A DNA stretch of 64,000 nt from Chamaesiphon sp. (GCA_965246715.1 CBDFFH010000005.1:192001-256000); one strand, 5' to 3'; numbered from the stretch's first letter, positions 1-10,612 are shown. Notes: generated from the sequence alone by a model not told the origin. Made by a program: numbers and translations.

Positions 1-1059
1 CGGATGTCACATATCATGTTTGGTGGTTTGACTCATCAACCAGCTGTGGATTTGGCGCAAAAATTGATTGCGATTACGCCCAAGGAACTCCAGCAGGTCT
101 TTTTTTGTGACTCTGGCTCAGTCGCTGTAGAGATAGCCATGAAAATGGCGGTGCAGTATTGGTACAATCGCGGTTTGCCTCAGAAGCAGCGTTTTCTCAC
201 CATTCGGCATGGCTATCATGGGGACACCTTTGCCGCAATGTCAGCCTGCGATCCGGTAAACGGGATGCACCATCTGTTTCGCAATATTTTGACCCAACAA
301 TATTTTGCTGAGGCACCGCAGATTGCGTTCGATCGAGATTGGCACGAGCGAGATATTGCTAGTTTTGAGGCTTTGATAGCAGATAGCCACGATCGAATCG
401 CCGCAGCCATTTTTGAGCCTGTGGTGCAAAATGCTGGGGGGATGCGCTTTTATCATCCAGAATACGTGCGACAAGCCAAGGCATTATGTGAAAAGTACAA
501 TGTACTGCTGATTTTAGATGAGATTGCTACTGGTTTTGGTCGCACTGGCAAAATGTTTGCTTGCGAACATCCGATGGTATGTCCAGATATTCTGTGTGTC
601 GGCAAGGCACTCACTGGGGGGTTCATGTCCCTAGCAGCCACGTTGACAACACAAGAGATTAGTGCGAGTTTTGCAGCGGGAGAAGCAGGTGTATTTATGC
701 ATGGACCAACGTTTATGGCGAATCCTCTAGCCTGTGCGGTGTCTTTAGCAAATTTGGTCTTGCTCGAAAGTTATGACTGGCAATCTACGATCGGAGCGAT
801 TGAAGCCCAGCTTAAAGCAGAGTTAGAACCTTGCCGCAGTTTAGCAGCAGTTAAGGATGTGCGGGTGTTAGGGGCAATCGGGGTAGTAGAGTTGCACGCT
901 CCGGTGGATATGCACGCGATCCAGCCGCGCTTTGTAGAAGAGGGAATATGGTTGCGTCCATTTGGGCGACTGATTTATACGATGCCACCCTATATTATTC
1001 AACCCTCAGAACTAACAGCAATTACTAGTGCTATTTATAAAATCGTTGCTCAGATTTAG
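1..1059 (+). CDS. bioA: Adenosylmethionine-8-amino-7-oxononanoate aminotransferase (5' end probably lies before the window)
   Basis: Class III PLP aminotransferase motifs DSGSVAVE, YHGDT, DEIATGFGRTG, GKALTGG, HGPTFMANP. The frame is open at the window edge and about 70 N-terminal aa of a typical BioA are absent. Confidence 0.93.
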   Translation, partial: RMSHIMFGGLTHQPAVDLAQKLIAITPKELQQVFFCDSGSVAVEIAMKMAVQYWYNRGLPQKQRFLTIRHGYHGDTFAAMSACDPVNGMHHLFRNILTQQYFAEAPQIAFDRDWHERDIASFEALIADSHDRIAAAIFEPVVQNAGGMRFYHPEYVRQAKALCEKYNVLLILDEIATGFGRTGKMFACEHPMVCPDILCVGKALTGGFMSLAATLTTQEISASFAAGEAGVFMHGPTFMANPLACAVSLANLVLLESYDWQSTIGAIEAQLKAELEPCRSLAAVKDVRVLGAIGVVELHAPVDMHAIQPRFVEEGIWLRPFGRLIYTMPPYIIQPSELTAITSAIYKIVAQI

Positions 1060-1090
1060 CCTGAGAGGTGAATTTGATTTAATGAGCATG

Positions 1091-1127
1091 TTTGGACTAG
1101 AGCTTGACTTTCAAGCTCTAGTCCAAA
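1091..1127. terminator. Perfect hairpin between convergent bioA and rpsU
   Basis: TTTGGACTAGAGCTTGA-ctt-TCAAGCTCTAGTCCAAA. Confidence 0.7.
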
Positions 1128-1220
1128 TTTACAGAGCGGGTACATAGCAAAAATCTGCTCGATCGAATCAAACTAGACTCAACGAACAGATTGGTGATAT
1201 TCAAAATTTCAGACTGGAAA

Positions 1221-1409
1221 TTACGTGCGGAAGCGACGTTTGTTCTGTCTGTGTCTGGCAATCGCTTTGCGCTTGCGCTTTTCAATTGGGGTTTCAAAGT
1301 GTCGGTGTTTCCGCATATCTGGAAAAATCCCCGCTTTGGAGACTTCGCGCTTGAATCGGCGCAACACTGACTCAATGCCTTCACTTTCGCCGGGAATTAC
1401 TTGAGACAT
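1221..1409 (-). CDS. rpsU: 30S ribosomal protein S21
   Basis: [36 protein letters not shown] signature. Confidence 0.97.
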   Translation of the reverse strand: MSQVIPGESEGIESVLRRFKREVSKAGIFPDMRKHRHFETPIEKRKRKAIARHRQNKRRFRT

Positions 1410-1480
1410 CCTAACCTATCCACAAACTTACTTGAATTAATACTAAAGGGATGATTCCCTTCCACTTATCTATAATAAGC

Positions 1481-1509
1481 AAAAAAGGACAAACTGAGTG
1501 TCTGTCCTT
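1481..1509 (-). terminator. Hairpin with U-tract between rbp and rpsU
   Basis: Minus strand AAGGACAGAC-actca-GTTTGTCCTT followed by a T-run. Confidence 0.6.
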
Positions 1510-1543
1510 ACGACATTAGGGTTTTGAACTCGAAGGTTCGAGT

Positions 1544-1846
1544 CTAGTAACGACGACCGCCGCCACCGCCACCGCCACCGCCACCGCCGAACGAGCCTTT
1601 CTCTTCACGAGGTTTAGCTTTGTTCACTTTGAGATCGCGACCCATCCATTCAGCACCATCGAGAGCTTCGATAGCTGCAGATTCTTCTGCATCTGTTTCC
1701 ATTTCGACAAAAGCGAAACCGCGTAAACGACCAGTTTCCCGATCGGTGGGAACTTGAACCCGTTTAACTTTACCGTACTCGGCAAAAGTCTGAGTCAGGT
1801 CGTCCTGAGTAACTTCATAAGATAAGTTGCCGACGTAAATTGACAT
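1544..1846 (-). CDS. rbpA: RRM RNA-binding protein with Gly-rich tail (RbpA family)
   Basis: RNP2 IYVGNL, RNP1 RGFAFVEM, poly-Gly C-terminus, upstream of rpsU as in other cyanobacteria. Confidence 0.92.
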   Translation of the reverse strand: MSIYVGNLSYEVTQDDLTQTFAEYGKVKRVQVPTDRETGRLRGFAFVEMETDAEESAAIEALDGAEWMGRDLKVNKAKPREEKGSFGGGGGGGGGGGRRY

Positions 1847-1852
1847 GTGCTG

Positions 1853-1922
1853 TCTCCAGAATCCTGTAGGTGTAGAGAGTTAGATTCGGAGAAAAGCTTG
1901 TAAAAAGAACCATACAGCCGAA
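1853..1922 (-). promoter_or_regulatory. rbp 5'-UTR with anti-RBS box (TCTCCGAA) able to pair with the RBS region (TTCTGGAGA)
   Basis: Minus strand TTCGGCTG...TCTCCGAA (1885-1892)...TTCTGGAGA before ATG. This resembles the conserved boxes of cold-inducible cyanobacterial rbp leaders. Confidence 0.55.
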
Positions 1923-2238
1923 AATAATCTTCATACTAAGATGGTAGCACATAGATCGGCTGAATGGATCGTTCGCTAAAAAATCAGCGGAGTTTTTTAC
2001 CGCGATCGGATCGATCGGCTGTGATGTGGCTCTGTATTTACGCGCCTTCGACAACAATAAATAAATGTTGATTATCTTTAAGATTTTGCCGAGGAATGTA
2101 TTCAAATTAGCATAATTAATTCACTCGACATCCGATCGGTAGATGTATATTAATCAAACATCAACTCTTGGGAAAATCTGCGGCGAGGATCGATTGTCGG
2201 CCTTGTGTAGGATTGATGATTCTAGGGTGGAGTGCCGT

Positions 2239-5200
2239 TTACCAATCTGGATGAGTCAAACTCCGTGCTTGGTGATAGCAATTTTCGGCCTCTTCCCATT
2301 GTTGCAAGCTACTGTGAACGCGACCTTTATTGAACCAGTATTCGGGATTTTGGGGATCTAGTCCGGTAGCGTGCTCGAAACTGAACAGGGCGTTATCGAG
2401 CCGATTGAGTTCGAGCAAACAAATCCCCCGACTATTCCATGCTGGCGCACGATCGGGATCGAGCTTGAGGGTAGTCTCATAGCCGACCAAAGCGGTTTCA
2501 AAGTCGCGGCGCAGCAGGTAAATATTGCCGCGACGGTACCAGCCGAGGGCATATTCTGGAGCTAAGGTAATGACGCGATCGAGGCTGACAATGGCATCAT
2601 CGAGTTTGTCGAGTGCTTGTTGGGCGATCGCTTGTTTGTACCAGGTCATCCCGTCATCATCATGGAGTTGGAGGCTGGTTTGATAGCATTGGAGCGCTTG
2701 GGAATATTGCTGGAGATTGAGATGGATCGTGCCTTGATTGTTCCAGCCATAAGGATCTTGCGGGGCAACTTCGGTAGCGCAGCGATAGCTGTAGAGCGCG
2801 CCCTCATAGTTACCCAATTGAAACAGGGCATTGCCGCGACTATTCCAGACGCGACCGATCGCGGGATCGAGGGTACCATCGTCGGATTTGGGCGATAACA
2901 ATATCGCCCGATCGAAACTGGCGATCGCTGCTTCCCACTTGCCGAGTTCGAGGAGGGCATTGCCGCGTTGGTGATAGGCTTGGCTATCATCGGGATTGAG
3001 AATCGCGCAGTTGTCATAACACGCGATCGCATCTGCATATTTATTGAGGTTAAACAGGGCGATACCGCGATTGAACCAGACGAGCGGATCTTGGCTGTCG
3101 ATCTCGATACTTTGCTCGTAGCAAGCGAGCGCTTCTTGCCAGCGTTCGAGCTGTTGGAGCGCGATGCCGCGACTATTCCAGGTATTGGCATCGTGCGGGT
3201 GAATTTCGAGACTGCGCTCGTGGGCGCTGGCGGCTTCGGCGTAGCGTTTGAGATGGAATAAGGCTTTACCCCGATTGTTCCAGCTGTGGTAAAACTGCGG
3301 TTGGAGCGCCAAGGCGCGATCGTAACTAACCAGCGCGTCTGCGTAGCGTTTGAGCGCGCCGAGCACGTTACCATGATTGTTCCAAATGGAATAGTCTTCG
3401 GCATTGAGTTGGAGCGCGCGAGCATAGCTCTCCAATGCTAATTCCAACTTGCCCGACTGAAACAGCATATTCCCCTGTTGATACCAAGCAGCAGTATAGC
3501 TAGAATCTAATTCCAGACAGCGTTGATAGTTCTCGAGCGCACCCACTGCGTCGCCACGAAACTTAAACAGGACTTGGCCGCGTTGGTACCAAGCTAAGGC
3601 AAATTTAGAGTCGGATGCGATCGCGCGATCGTAACTAGCGATTGCCTCTGCCCACCGCTCCAGAGTGCCTAGCAGATAACCGCGCTGATACCAAGTTTGG
3701 GCACGCTCTGGTTCTAGCTCTAAGGCCTTGCGATAGGCACTCAACGCCTCGATCGGTTCGCCCTGATGAAAATAGCTCTGACCCAATAAGTGCCAGCTTG
3801 CCGCCCGCTCTGCGTCGAGTCCGGTGGCTGTTTGCAGGCTGGTAACGGCGGTTTCATAGTCGCCGAGTTCGAGCGAGATCTGCCCGTGTTGTTCCCAAAC
3901 TTCGGGATTATCGGGATTGAGGACTAGGGCTTGCGAACAAGTCTCCATTGCATTCGTCCATTCGCCCCGCGCCGCGTAAACGCGACCGCGATCGACCAGA
4001 ATTGCCTGCCGATTTTCGGGTTCTAGAGTCAGCGCGCGTTCGTAGCAACTATTTGCCTCTTCCCACCGTTGCAAGGCGGCGAGGGCATAGCCTTTGGCAT
4101 ACCAAGCTTCATGCGTATTGGCATCGAGGTCGATCGCGGTGTTATAGCAGGCTAGCGCGGCTTCCCAGCGGGCTAATTTCGATAAAACCAGTCCGTGACT
4201 GTAGCTCAGGTCGTAGGTGACGGGAGTTAGACTAGCGACTCGCGCGTAGCACCGATCGGCTGCGGCCCATTCTGCCAATTGTTGCAAGGCTTTACCTTGA
4301 CGATACCAAGCCCGATGGCGATCGGGTTGGAGATTGGTAACCTGTTCGTAAGCATAGACGGCATCGGGCAATTTTTCCAATTGCCAGAGCAGATTGCCCA
4401 ATCCGTACCAAGTATCGGGATCTTGGGCTTGAAAGTCGATCGCTTGATAATATGCCGCTAGTGCGCCCTCGGTATCGCCAATGCGGGTCGATTCCTTACC
4501 CAAATTATGCCAAGCCGGATGATAGTCGGGTCGCACGACGATCGCTTGTCGATAACTTTTAATCGCCGCTTCCGGTTGCTCCAGATGTGCGAGCGTCAAC
4601 CCCCGATCGTTCCAACTGTGGCAATCTTGCGGATCGATTTTTAACGCCCGATCGTAAGCTTGCAGCGCTTCGGGATATCGTTGGAGCTTGAGCAGGGTTT
4701 TACCCTGAAAGTACCAAGCCGTACTAGATGCAATATCGATTTTTAGTGCTTGTTGATAGCTATAGAGCGCTTCTTGCCAGCGTTCGAGGTGCGATAGTGC
4801 GTAGCCGCGCTGACACCAGCACTCGAAGCTATTGGACTCGATCGCTAGTGCGAGATCGTAGCTGACGACCGCTTCAGCGTAGCGCTGGAGTTTGAATAAG
4901 GCTTGACCTTTCCCCTGACTGGCCGCAAAGAAATTGGGCGCGATCGCTAGCGCCCGATCGTAGTTGGTAATCGCATATTCGTTGCGTCCCAACTCGAACA
5001 GGGCATTGCCGCGCTCGTACCAGGCTAAGTAGTAATTAGCATCGATCGCTAGCGCCCGATCGTAGCTCTCTAGCGCTGCGGTATATTCTTGCTGCAACCC
5101 TTGGACGACTCCATAGCCATGCCAGATCGCTGCATCTTTAGGATTGAGTGCCAATGCCCGCTCGAAACTCAATCTTGCCTCCGGATACTGCCCGAGGGCG

Positions 5201-7251
5201 ACACAGACTTTGCCGCGATCGTCCCAAACTTCGTAATTGTCGGGTTGGATCGAGATCGCCCGATCGTAACAATTTAAGGCTTCATCGCAACGGCCTAATT
5301 CGACAAATGCCTTGCCCCGACTGTACCAAATATATGGGTCTTCTGACTGATAGCCAAGCGCTGTATCGTAGTTATCGATCGCTTCGGCATACTTACCCTG
5401 ATGGGCTAGCGCCATGCCCCGATTGTACCAGGCGGCATGAAATTTGGGATTGAGCTTGATGGTATGCGTGTAGCTGCTAATGGCCTCGTCATAGCGACCG
5501 AGATGAAACAACACGAACCCGAGATTATTCCACGCCCGATCGTAATCCGGTCGCAACTTGAGCGTGCGATCGTAACTTTCTAGGGCCAGATCGTATTTAC
5601 CGACATGAAACAGCGCCATCCCCTTGTTGTACCAAGCCTGATGGAATTGGGGCTGAATTTTGAGACAGCATTCGTAACTCTCGATCGCCAAATTGTAGCG
5701 CTGGAGTTGAAATTGAGCGACACCGAGATTATTCCACGCTGTATAAAAGTCTGGGGAGAGCCGTGTCGCTCGCTCGTAGCAATCGATCGCCGCATCGAAT
5801 TTACCCAGTCGAAATAGGGTCTTGCCTTGATTGTTCCAGGCATCACTATGATTGGCTGCAAATTGGGTGGCTTTGCGATAGCAATCGAGCGCATGTTCGT
5901 AGCGCCCCAGTTGAAACAGTGCTTTGCCGCGCTCGTTCCACGTATCGGCATCTTTGGGCAAGAGATTGGTCGCTTGGGTATAACAGTTGAGTGCCTCGGT
6001 GGGACGTTCGAGTTGGAGCAGGATTTGACCCCGATTCATCCAGCCTTCGGCAAATTCCGGCGCTAATTTAGTGACAACGTCATATTTACTCAGTGCTGAC
6101 TCTAATTCACCCAAGTGGAAGAGAATATTGCCACAATGATTCCAGGCTTGATAAAAGTCTGGTTGCAGTTCGGTAACTTTGGTATAAGCCGCTAGTGCCG
6201 CAGATCGATCGCCTAAGAAAAATAATACTTTGCCTTGGTTGAACCAGGCAGCTTGAAAATCTGGCGCGATCTCGATCGCCTGGCGATAGCATTGCAAGGC
6301 TTCTTGAAAACTTTTTTGCTCGAAGTGCGCCACACCCAAATTATTCCACGCCCGATCGAATTGCGGATCGAGTTGGGTGGCTTGTTGGTAGCAATGAATG
6401 GCTGGCTCGAGTTGGCCTAATTGAAATAATGCCAGTCCTTGATTGTTCCAGGCAAATTTGTCCTCAGGATCGATTTGCAAACTGCGCTCGTAACAAGCAC
6501 AGGCTTCTTGGACGCGATCGGTTTGAAATAACAGCCACCCTTTTTGCGTCCAAGTTAACGAATCGGCTGGGGCGATTTCTAGTGCCCGATCGTAAGCAAC
6601 TAGCGCTGATTCGTAATCTTGTAGCTCGAACAGCGCACGACCTTTTTGATACCAAGCAAAATGGTCTTGGGGATTGAGTTCGTTGGCGGAGCTTTCCTGA
6701 AGGGAAATCGCGCGATCGCAACTGGCGATCGTTTCGGGATACAGCCCTAATTGAAACAGTACCCAACCGCGATCTGCCCAAGCGCGAGCATCTTGTGGTT
6801 GGAGATCGATCGCCTGCTGATATGCCGCCAGCGCTTCCTCCAATCGCCCCAATCCGACTAAAATCCACCCTAAATTTGTCCACGCTTCCTGCTTGTGCGG
6901 CTGTAACTCGATCGTCTTGTTGTAGCAAGCCAAGGCAACATCGAGTTTCCCAGCATTTCGATACAAGTTGCCTTGCTCGTACCAAGCTGTTGGATCGTCT
7001 GTAGCAGAAGTAGTATTTAGCAATTCGGCATCCCTGAAAAAATCTTGTCTTCCGATTTCGGGTTCGGCAATAGTCAGTGCTAATGGTACAGCTGGTAAGG
7101 AAATTGGTTGCTCGGCTGAATTTTGGAGCAAGATCGCAGTCTGTCGCTCTTGACGATCGCGCATAGTGGCTTCAGCCGCTCTCACTGAAACCTGCTGTTC
7201 GATCGACGAGTCGCTACTTTTATTTTTGCTCCAAAATCTATTTAAGATCAT
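2239..7251 (-). CDS. Giant tetratricopeptide repeat protein (about 45 TPRs, no recognisable catalytic domain)
   Basis: Continuous 34-aa W-x2-(R/Q)G...A...Y..A...P repeats from about aa 85 to the C-terminus. Confidence 0.93.
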   Translation of the reverse strand: MILNRFWSKNKSSDSSIEQQVSVRAAEATMRDRQERQTAILLQNSAEQPISLPAVPLALTIAEPEIGRQDFFRDAELLNTTSATDDPTAWYEQGNLYRNAGKLDVALACYNKTIELQPHKQEAWTNLGWILVGLGRLEEALAAYQQAIDLQPQDARAWADRGWVLFQLGLYPETIASCDRAISLQESSANELNPQDHFAWYQKGRALFELQDYESALVAYDRALEIAPADSLTWTQKGWLLFQTDRVQEACACYERSLQIDPEDKFAWNNQGLALFQLGQLEPAIHCYQQATQLDPQFDRAWNNLGVAHFEQKSFQEALQCYRQAIEIAPDFQAAWFNQGKVLFFLGDRSAALAAYTKVTELQPDFYQAWNHCGNILFHLGELESALSKYDVVTKLAPEFAEGWMNRGQILLQLERPTEALNCYTQATNLLPKDADTWNERGKALFQLGRYEHALDCYRKATQFAANHSDAWNNQGKTLFRLGKFDAAIDCYERATRLSPDFYTAWNNLGVAQFQLQRYNLAIESYECCLKIQPQFHQAWYNKGMALFHVGKYDLALESYDRTLKLRPDYDRAWNNLGFVLFHLGRYDEAISSYTHTIKLNPKFHAAWYNRGMALAHQGKYAEAIDNYDTALGYQSEDPYIWYSRGKAFVELGRCDEALNCYDRAISIQPDNYEVWDDRGKVCVALGQYPEARLSFERALALNPKDAAIWHGYGVVQGLQQEYTAALESYDRALAIDANYYLAWYERGNALFELGRNEYAITNYDRALAIAPNFFAASQGKGQALFKLQRYAEAVVSYDLALAIESNSFECWCQRGYALSHLERWQEALYSYQQALKIDIASSTAWYFQGKTLLKLQRYPEALQAYDRALKIDPQDCHSWNDRGLTLAHLEQPEAAIKSYRQAIVVRPDYHPAWHNLGKESTRIGDTEGALAAYYQAIDFQAQDPDTWYGLGNLLWQLEKLPDAVYAYEQVTNLQPDRHRAWYRQGKALQQLAEWAAADRCYARVASLTPVTYDLSYSHGLVLSKLARWEAALACYNTAIDLDANTHEAWYAKGYALAALQRWEEANSCYERALTLEPENRQAILVDRGRVYAARGEWTNAMETCSQALVLNPDNPEVWEQHGQISLELGDYETAVTSLQTATGLDAERAASWHLLGQSYFHQGEPIEALSAYRKALELEPERAQTWYQRGYLLGTLERWAEAIASYDRAIASDSKFALAWYQRGQVLFKFRGDAVGALENYQRCLELDSSYTAAWYQQGNMLFQSGKLELALESYARALQLNAEDYSIWNNHGNVLGALKRYADALVSYDRALALQPQFYHSWNNRGKALFHLKRYAEAASAHERSLEIHPHDANTWNSRGIALQQLERWQEALACYEQSIEIDSQDPLVWFNRGIALFNLNKYADAIACYDNCAILNPDDSQAYHQRGNALLELGKWEAAIASFDRAILLSPKSDDGTLDPAIGRVWNSRGNALFQLGNYEGALYSYRCATEVAPQDPYGWNNQGTIHLNLQQYSQALQCYQTSLQLHDDDGMTWYKQAIAQQALDKLDDAIVSLDRVITLAPEYALGWYRRGNIYLLRRDFETALVGYETTLKLDPDRAPAWNSRGICLLELNRLDNALFSFEHATGLDPQNPEYWFNKGRVHSSLQQWEEAENCYHQARSLTHPDW

Positions 7252-7660
7252 TTTTTTTACAGATATTCAGAAATTTCGATGAGCGCAATTGAGTGACTTA
7301 TGGAGATCTAGTTGTTTTAGCTAAAATCGTAAGCCAAATAAAATAGGTCGGATCGATCGATTTCGATGTCACTATTAGCTGGATAAATGTCTGCTTTGAG
7401 ACAATGGTGCCAAGTGATATTACAGTCTAACTGGTCTGAACTCGATAGTGTGCCAATTTGACAACTCAATCGAACGGTATAAAAGGTATATATAACGATC
7501 GGTAGCAAGTCGAGCCTCCGGCCGAAATTAGCTCGCAGCTGAAGCTTAGAGAGATTATATTACACATATTATCGATCGCGAGCGGACTGAGCATTAAATC
7601 ATACGAACCGCGCAATTTTACAAATCTGCCACCACTGGGGTAATCTCAATCGCCAACCAA

Positions 7661-7909
7661 TTAGCCATCGATTTCCCAGGGTTGGTAGCGATCGGCATAA
7701 TAGCTCAAAATATGCTGAAAATTAGTCAGATCTAATGCGGTCAGTCGATCGATTCCGTTAATTTCTAACCCACCTAATTGACTTTCTGTATAGCTAAAAG
7801 ATCTCGCAGTTGGCACCAAATACTCGACGGTAATTCCCTCGATTTGTTGCAGGTGTGCCGCGACCTCACGATATACGGCTAGCGGGAGTTGATGGTTGTA
7901 GATTTTCAT
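7661..7909 (-). CDS. Conserved cyanobacterial hypothetical protein (about 82 aa)
   Basis: LPLAVYREVAAHLQQIEG...FSYTESQLGGL. ATG at 7909 is preferred because the upstream extension runs through heptamer repeats. Confidence 0.65.
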   Translation of the reverse strand: MKIYNHQLPLAVYREVAAHLQQIEGITVEYLVPTARSFSYTESQLGGLEINGIDRLTALDLTNFQHILSYYADRYQPWEIDG

Positions 7910-7919
7910 GAATTGTTGT

Positions 7920-8025
7920 TGGTGGCTGGTGGCTAGCCACTGTTCGCTAGCCACTAATATTTTGAGAGGAATATCATCGGAACGCACTTGCGCGTGAAAC
8001 TTTATTTACTAGCCACTAGCCACTA
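7920..8025. repeat. STRR-like heptamer repeats (TAGCCAC/GTGGCT)
   Basis: ggtggctggtggctagccac, ctagccac, ctagccactagccact. Confidence 0.55.
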
Positions 8026-8035
8026 TTTCACTACT

Positions 8036-8194
8036 TAACCCAAGTTGCTACCTAGAAACGCCTACGATTGAAATCGTGGCTACTGTCACAAAGCCCGCCT
8101 TCGCGGACTAATAAACTAGTAGTCCGCGAAGGCGGACTTTGCGTCACGAGCAGCGGTTTCTAACCGCTGAGATTATAGGTAGCAACTTAGGTTA
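8036..8194. mobile_element. MITE-like element family A, copy 1, with internal REP-like doublet
   Basis: TIR TAACCCAAGTTGCTACCT / AGGTAGCAACTTAGGTTA. Internal CCGCCTTCGCGGACTA...TAGTCCGCGAAGGCGG. Near-identical to 9410-9566. Confidence 0.8.
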
Positions 8195-9340
8195 CTTAAC
8201 CAAAATCTTCGCCGCAGCAGCCACCCCAGCACCTGGAGTAAACTCAGTATGACCGAGTTCGATCAGAGTAGCTTCGATCGCGGCTACCGCAGTAAGGATA
8301 TCCCGATCGCAGACAAACCCCAAATGACCGATCCGGAAGATTTTACCGCTGAGATCGTCTTGCCCCCCAGCCAGGACGATATCGAATTTCTTCTTCATCA
8401 CGCTGCGAATTTTTTCGGCTTCGACTGTAGTGGGAGCGACTGAGGTAATCGCTGGACTGCCATAGCCTTCAGGGGCATAGAGCGGCAAACCGATCGCTGT
8501 CATTGCCGCACGAGTGGCGTGCATGTGTCGCTGATGACGAGCAAAGATATTTTCTAAGCCTTCGGCTCTCATCATCTTGAGTGCGGCTTGGAGGGCGACA
8601 ATCAGGTTGACAGGTGGGGTGAAAGGCGTAGTATTTTTGGCAGCACTTTTGCTGTATTTACGTAAATCCAGGTAGTAGCGGGGTAGTTTAGCCGTTTTAT
8701 AGGCTTCCCAAGCTTTGGGGCTGACGGTCACAAAACCCATCCCTGGCGGAATCATAAACCCTTTCTGAGAGCCAGAGCAAACGACATCTAGCCCCCAAGC
8801 ATCGATCGGCACATTCACCGCACTGAGACTGGTAACAGCATCGACAATAATTAACGCGCCGTGTGCTTTAACGTGCTTGCTGATGGTTTCCAGGTCGTTG
8901 AGAACGCCAGTGGAAGTTTCGCTATGCGTGACGATGACTCCTTTGATTGCTTTGGCAGTATCGGCAGCTAATACAGCCTCGATCGCCGCAGGATCGAGCG
9001 GTTTTCCCCAAGGTGCGGTTACTTCCTGTACGTCGAGCGCGTATGCTTGGGCGACTTCTGCCCACCGCTCACCAAATTTACCATTGTGGGCGACTAAAAC
9101 CCGATCGCCAGGACTGAAGAAGTTAATAATTCCGGCTTCTACCGCTCCTGTCCCAGAAACTGTCAGCATCAAAACATCATTTTCGGTTTGGTGCAACCAC
9201 TTCAAATTAGCAGTTACATCTGCCATAATTTGACTGAACTCGCCGCTACGGTGCCCGATCGGATGCTTGGCTAGCGCTAACAATACATTCTCGGGTACTG
9301 GCGTAGGCCCAGGAATCATTAACATTAACTTATTTTCCAT
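8192..9340 (-). CDS. Alanine-glyoxylate/serine-pyruvate aminotransferase family (class V PLP; 'soluble hydrogenase 42 kDa subunit' type)
   Basis: LMIPGPTPVP, HSETSTGV, VDAVTS, SGSQKGFMIPPG, FRIGHLG. True start MENK at 9340. Confidence 0.92.
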   Translation of the reverse strand: MENKLMLMIPGPTPVPENVLLALAKHPIGHRSGEFSQIMADVTANLKWLHQTENDVLMLTVSGTGAVEAGIINFFSPGDRVLVAHNGKFGERWAEVAQAYALDVQEVTAPWGKPLDPAAIEAVLAADTAKAIKGVIVTHSETSTGVLNDLETISKHVKAHGALIIVDAVTSLSAVNVPIDAWGLDVVCSGSQKGFMIPPGMGFVTVSPKAWEAYKTAKLPRYYLDLRKYSKSAAKNTTPFTPPVNLIVALQAALKMMRAEGLENIFARHQRHMHATRAAMTAIGLPLYAPEGYGSPAITSVAPTTVEAEKIRSVMKKKFDIVLAGGQDDLSGKIFRIGHLGFVCDRDILTAVAAIEATLIELGHTEFTPGAGVAAAAKILVK

Positions 9341-9409
9341 AATCTTTATCCCGTTTAAATAATAGTTAAATCTATTGGCAGAATTCACACTGCTGCCCGA
9401 TCGATATCC

Positions 9410-9566
9410 AACCCAAGTTGCTACCCAGAAACGCCGACGATTGAAATCGTGGCTACCGTCACAAAGTCCGCCTTCGCGGACTAATAAACTAGTCCGCGAA
9501 GGCGGACTTTGCGGCACGAGCAGCGGTTTCTAACCGCTGAGATTATAGGTAGAGCAACATGGGTTA
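9410..9566. mobile_element. MITE-like element family A, copy 2
   Basis: Same orientation as and near-identical to 8036-8194. Confidence 0.8.
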
Positions 9567-9720
9567 CCTAGATCGATATGCAGAATGTCAATTTTAGCTC
9601 AAGATCGGATACGGGGGATAGGGGCGAGTCGATGCGACACCCGTGGTCTCAGCAGAATTACGTTAGGATAATTGCCATAGAGATCGATCGCGATCCACCA
9701 TTAACGAGCTACTATTCACT

Positions 9721-10608
9721 ATGACCTCCACCGCTGCGCAGACTAAAAACTCGACCTGGATGTGGCGTGGCTACGCGATTAATTACCGCTGCGAAGGGGA
9801 CACTGGGACACCCGTATTGTTAATTCATGGCTTTGGCGCTTCTGTAGGACATTGGCGCAAAAATATTCCCGTACTGGCTCAAAGTTGTCGCTGCTATGCG
9901 ATCGATCTGATCGGGTTTGGTGGCTCGGCAAAACCGACACCTGGTGCGGAGATTGCCTATACGTTTGAAACTTGGGGCGACTTAGTAGCTGATTTTTGTC
10001 AAGAAGTCATCGGGAGTCCGACGATTTTAGTCGGCAATTCGATCGGTTGTATCGTTGCCCTCCAAGCTGCGGTGACGCATCCAGAACTGGTTAAAAGTGT
10101 CGCATTACTCAATTGTTCGCTGCGGTTGTTGCACGATCGCAAGCGGGCGACGATGCCTTGGTATCGGCAATGGGGTACGCCAATTTTGCAAGGTATATTG
10201 GGGATTAAAGCGATCGGTAATTTCTTTTTTACGCAACTCGCCCAACCCAAAGTCGTTAAGAAAATTCTCCTCCAAGCTTATCATCGACCCGAAGCCGTCA
10301 CGGATGAATTAATCGAGATTTTGATGGCTCCAGCTAAAGATCCCGGTGCGGCAGATGTATTTGTGGCATTTACTGCCTATTCCTGGGGGCCACTTCCTGA
10401 GGATTTATTACCCCAACTTGCTTGCCCCGCGATCGCGATTTGGGGTGCTGCCGATCCGTGGGAACCGATCGATCTCGGACGCGAATTGATGGCTGTATCT
10501 ACAGTACGGGAATTTGTCGCGCTACCTGATATCGGGCACTGTCCTCAAGATGAAGCCCCGGAATTGGTAAATCCAGTCCTCCAAAAGTGGATCGCTACCT
10601 CGATTTAG
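9721..10608 (+). CDS. Alpha/beta fold hydrolase
   Basis: LIHGFGAS, GNSIG nucleophile elbow, GHCPQDE. Confidence 0.9.
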   Translation: MTSTAAQTKNSTWMWRGYAINYRCEGDTGTPVLLIHGFGASVGHWRKNIPVLAQSCRCYAIDLIGFGGSAKPTPGAEIAYTFETWGDLVADFCQEVIGSPTILVGNSIGCIVALQAAVTHPELVKSVALLNCSLRLLHDRKRATMPWYRQWGTPILQGILGIKAIGNFFFTQLAQPKVVKKILLQAYHRPEAVTDELIEILMAPAKDPGAADVFVAFTAYSWGPLPEDLLPQLACPAIAIWGAADPWEPIDLGRELMAVSTVREFVALPDIGHCPQDEAPELVNPVLQKWIATSI

Positions 10609-10612
10609 TAAT

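Noticed and set aside
2358..7153. Many overlapping ORFs inside the TPR gene
   Set aside because: Shadow frames of a repetitive coding sequence with no independent motifs
9341..9517. N-terminal extension of the aminotransferase (441-aa ORF)
   Set aside because: The extension is read through MITE sequence; homology starts at MENK (9340)
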